Part shown: one piece after another, positions 6,659 to 8,326 of the stretch
Numbering within the stretch: position 1 is the first letter of the stretch
How the letters are laid out: every line of letters begins with the position of its first letter
IMG/VR virus record: IMGVR_UViG_3300039384_000072
DNA: 8,326 nt
Strand: one strand, 5' to 3'
From: a virus
Taxonomy: Duplodnaviria > Heunggongvirae > Uroviricota > Caudoviricetes
Notes under the pieces: model-generated
The model's database searches: none
Seen by the model: only the letters and a program-made list of their open reading frames with translations
What the model was told of the DNA's origin: nothing
Translations under genes and position numbers: made by a program

Positions 6659-6856
6659 ATGGCTACAACCCTTACCCCTTCACACCCTGAATTTGTCTTT
6701 GTGTTTGCGGCTGTCCGTCGCGCAGACCGTCATCCCCGTATCTGCATGCTTCGCACCGTCGCCGGTGATGAACGCAGTGCCCGCCGTTCCCTTGTCCGTG
6801 ACTATGTGCTCTCCCTTGCTGCCCGTCTGCCGGTGGTGGAGGTGTCCCGTGCGTAA
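6659..6856 (+). CDS. Small protein, 65 aa, possibly Icd-like host cell division inhibitor / Ash-region protein of P4-like elements
   Basis: RBS GGAGG (6646-6650) 8 nt before ATG 6659. The frame is open from 6212, so in-frame ATGs at 6521 and 6443 are possible alternative starts. Family assignment rests on position within the immunity region and a vague sequence recollection, so it is uncertain. Confidence 0.45.
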   Translation: MATTLTPSHPEFVFVFAAVRRADRHPRICMLRTVAGDERSARRSLVRDYVLSLAARLPVVEVSRA

Positions 6857-7136
6857 TAAAAAAGCCCCTCAGACCGTCTCAGCGCGTCATGACGCCCGTG
6901 AACACCTCAGCATTGAGGCTTACCATAAGCTCAACCGCGCCAGCGCCGTATCCCAGTTTGTTGGGGGTGATTTGATTCACCGTGAACTCTCCGGCCTGCA
7001 TCAGCTCTACATTCCGCATATTTTCAGCTACCTGAATGAAGATATTGATTTTGTGCTGAATGAGCTGAAAGCCAAAGGCCTGTGCCGCGATTTTCTCGCC
7101 CAGCAGAAAGACCGGGGAGACAAGACGCATGTTTGA
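6849..7136 (+). CDS. Hypothetical small protein, about 95 aa, at the position of P4 epsilon (helper derepression protein)
   Basis: The ORF track's 6693..7136 frame has no ATG beyond 6693, and that ATG overlaps the preceding gene. GTG 6849 is preceded by GGAGG (6838-6842) with a 6-nt spacer. The 3' end overlaps the next ORF (ATG 7129, stop 7134-7136), suggesting translational coupling. The epsilon assignment is positional only. Confidence 0.5.
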   Translation: MRNKKAPQTVSARHDAREHLSIEAYHKLNRASAVSQFVGGDLIHRELSGLHQLYIPHIFSYLNEDIDFVLNELKAKGLCRDFLAQQKDRGDKTHV

Positions 7137-7584
7137 TTTTCCCCAGCCCGGTGAGATTTACCGTTCTGCCGGTTTTCCCGATGTGGCCGTGGTCGGCATT
7201 CTGGAAGACGGTATTCCGTGGGAAATGCCGTACCGCTGCCCGGACATTGTCTGGAACCCGTACCGCCGTAAATTCAGTATCCTTGTGCGTATCCTCGCTG
7301 ACGGGCGCACCACAGACATCCCGCTGGGGCGTTTTCTGCGGGAATTTACCTGTGACCGTCCTGACCTGTTTAAACGCAGCCCCGTAAACCGGCATGCGGT
7401 ACTGAAAGAAATGGCCGGAGACCCGGAATTACAGAAATGGCGGGAGAAATATCTGGATATTTACCCGCAGGCCCCTGTTCCGGTCAGCCGGGCGGCACCG
7501 GTGGCGCGGGAATGGCGGGAAATTCCCCGCACGGAGCCTGACCCGGAAATCACCCCGGATAACAGTTACCGCAATTATCTGTAA
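7129..7584 (+). CDS. Hypothetical protein, 151 aa; same size and position as P4 orf151 upstream of alpha
   Basis: ORF track 7129..7584, 151 aa; purine-rich GGGGAG about 9 nt upstream; coupled to the upstream ORF. Protein-like composition. Function unknown. Confidence 0.7.
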   Translation: MFDFPQPGEIYRSAGFPDVAVVGILEDGIPWEMPYRCPDIVWNPYRRKFSILVRILADGRTTDIPLGRFLREFTCDRPDLFKRSPVNRHAVLKEMAGDPELQKWREKYLDIYPQAPVPVSRAAPVAREWREIPRTEPDPEITPDNSYRNYL

Positions 7585-7719
7585 TTAAAAAACGACACCC
7601 GAAAAATTAAATGTGCGTATTCGCGCAGGGATACGCACGTCTTCAGGAGACGCAGATATGCCTTATCAGTTAATGCAACCGGCACGGAATGCAGTCATCT
7701 GTCACAGGGAGGAAAACAA

Positions 7720-8040
7720 ATGAAAACACCCTTACCGCCCGTCTTACGTGCTGCCCTTTACCGTCGCGCTGTCGCCTGTGCCTGGCTGACCGTGTGCGAA
7801 CGTCAGCACCGCTACCCGCATCTCACCCTTGAGTCACTGGAGGCGGCCATCGCCGCTGAGCTGGAAGGCTTTTATCTGCGCCAGCACGGTGAGGAAAAAG
7901 GGCGTCAGATAGCCTGTGCCCTGCTGGAAGATTTAATGGAATCCGGCCCCCTGAAGGCCGCGCCGTCGCTGTCCTTTCTCGGGCTGGTTGTGATGGATGA
8001 ACTCTGTGCCCGTCACATAAAAGCGCCGGTACTGCACTGA
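7720..8040 (+). CDS. Hypothetical protein, 106 aa, immediately upstream of the primase gene
   Basis: RBS GGGAGG (7707-7712) 7 nt before ATG 7720. Ends 14 nt before the primase start, consistent with one operon. Confidence 0.65.
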
Positions 8041-8054
8041 AGGAGAACAACACC

Positions 8055-8326
8055 ATGAAAATGAACGTAACCGCCACCGTCAGCCATGCGCTCGGCCACT
8101 GGCCGCGTATTCTCCCGGCGCTGGGGATTCAGGTGCTGAAAAACCGTCATCAGCCCTGTCCGGTCTGTGGCGGGAGTGACCGCTTCCGTTTTGATGACAG
8201 GGAGGGGCGCGGCACCTGGTACTGCAATCAGTGTGGTGCCGGTGACGGCCTGAAACTGGTTGGAAAGGTGTTTGGTGTCTCTCCGTCCGACGCGGCCGCA
8301 AAGGTGGCTGCCGTGACCGGCAGCCT
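8055..8326 (+). CDS. alpha: Alpha-type primase/helicase, N-terminal fragment (primase zinc-ribbon domain); 3' end outside the window
   Basis: RBS AAGGAG (8040-8045) 9 nt before ATG 8055; open to the window end. Translation MKMNVTATVSHALGHWPRILPALGIQVLKNRHQPCPVCGGSDRFRFDDREGRGTWYCNQCGAGDGLKLV contains the CxxC...CxxC zinc-ribbon typical of P4 alpha / T7 gp4-type primases. Not in the ORF track because there is no stop in the window. Confidence 0.8.
   Translation, partial: MKMNVTATVSHALGHWPRILPALGIQVLKNRHQPCPVCGGSDRFRFDDREGRGTWYCNQCGAGDGLKLVGKVFGVSPSDAAAKVAAVTGS

Noticed and set aside
7024-7395. 123-aa minus-strand ORF and 101-aa plus-strand ORF (7082..7387)
   Set aside because: Overlap the coupled 6849-7136 and 7129-7584 genes in alternative frames or antisense; the chosen frames have RBSs and protein-like composition.
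7823-8301. Minus-strand ORFs of 84 and 73 aa (7823..8077, 8080..8301)
   Set aside because: Antisense to the 106-aa gene and to the primase zinc-ribbon region; Arg/Pro/His-rich; no RBS.

Overview
This window is the integrase-proximal ~8.3 kb of a P4-family phage satellite integrated at a tRNA-Leu(CAA) gene (leuX type). Read left to right it contains: the tRNA and its promoter; a P4-type tyrosine integrase; one AT-rich cargo gene (487 aa) in the int-to-cos/psu variable region; an exact P2/P4 cos cohesive-end 19-mer; the late operon psu-delta-sid on the minus strand; a regulatory intergenic region with three TGT-N12-ACA dyads and six TGTTCACC iterons; then on the plus strand an 88-aa Vis/AlpA-like gene, a structured leader with mutually complementary short elements (candidate RNA immunity locus), an Icd-like small ORF, two coupled small ORFs, a 106-aa ORF, and the 5' end of an alpha-type primase running off the window. 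The most interesting element is the cargo gene: its C-terminus carries a D...ExK...QxxxY nuclease signature, and it sits where P4-like satellites are known to carry anti-phage systems, so it is a candidate single-gene defence system that I cannot assign to a named family from sequence alone. All family assignments and protein lengths quoted for P4 are from memory and unverified; no searches were run.
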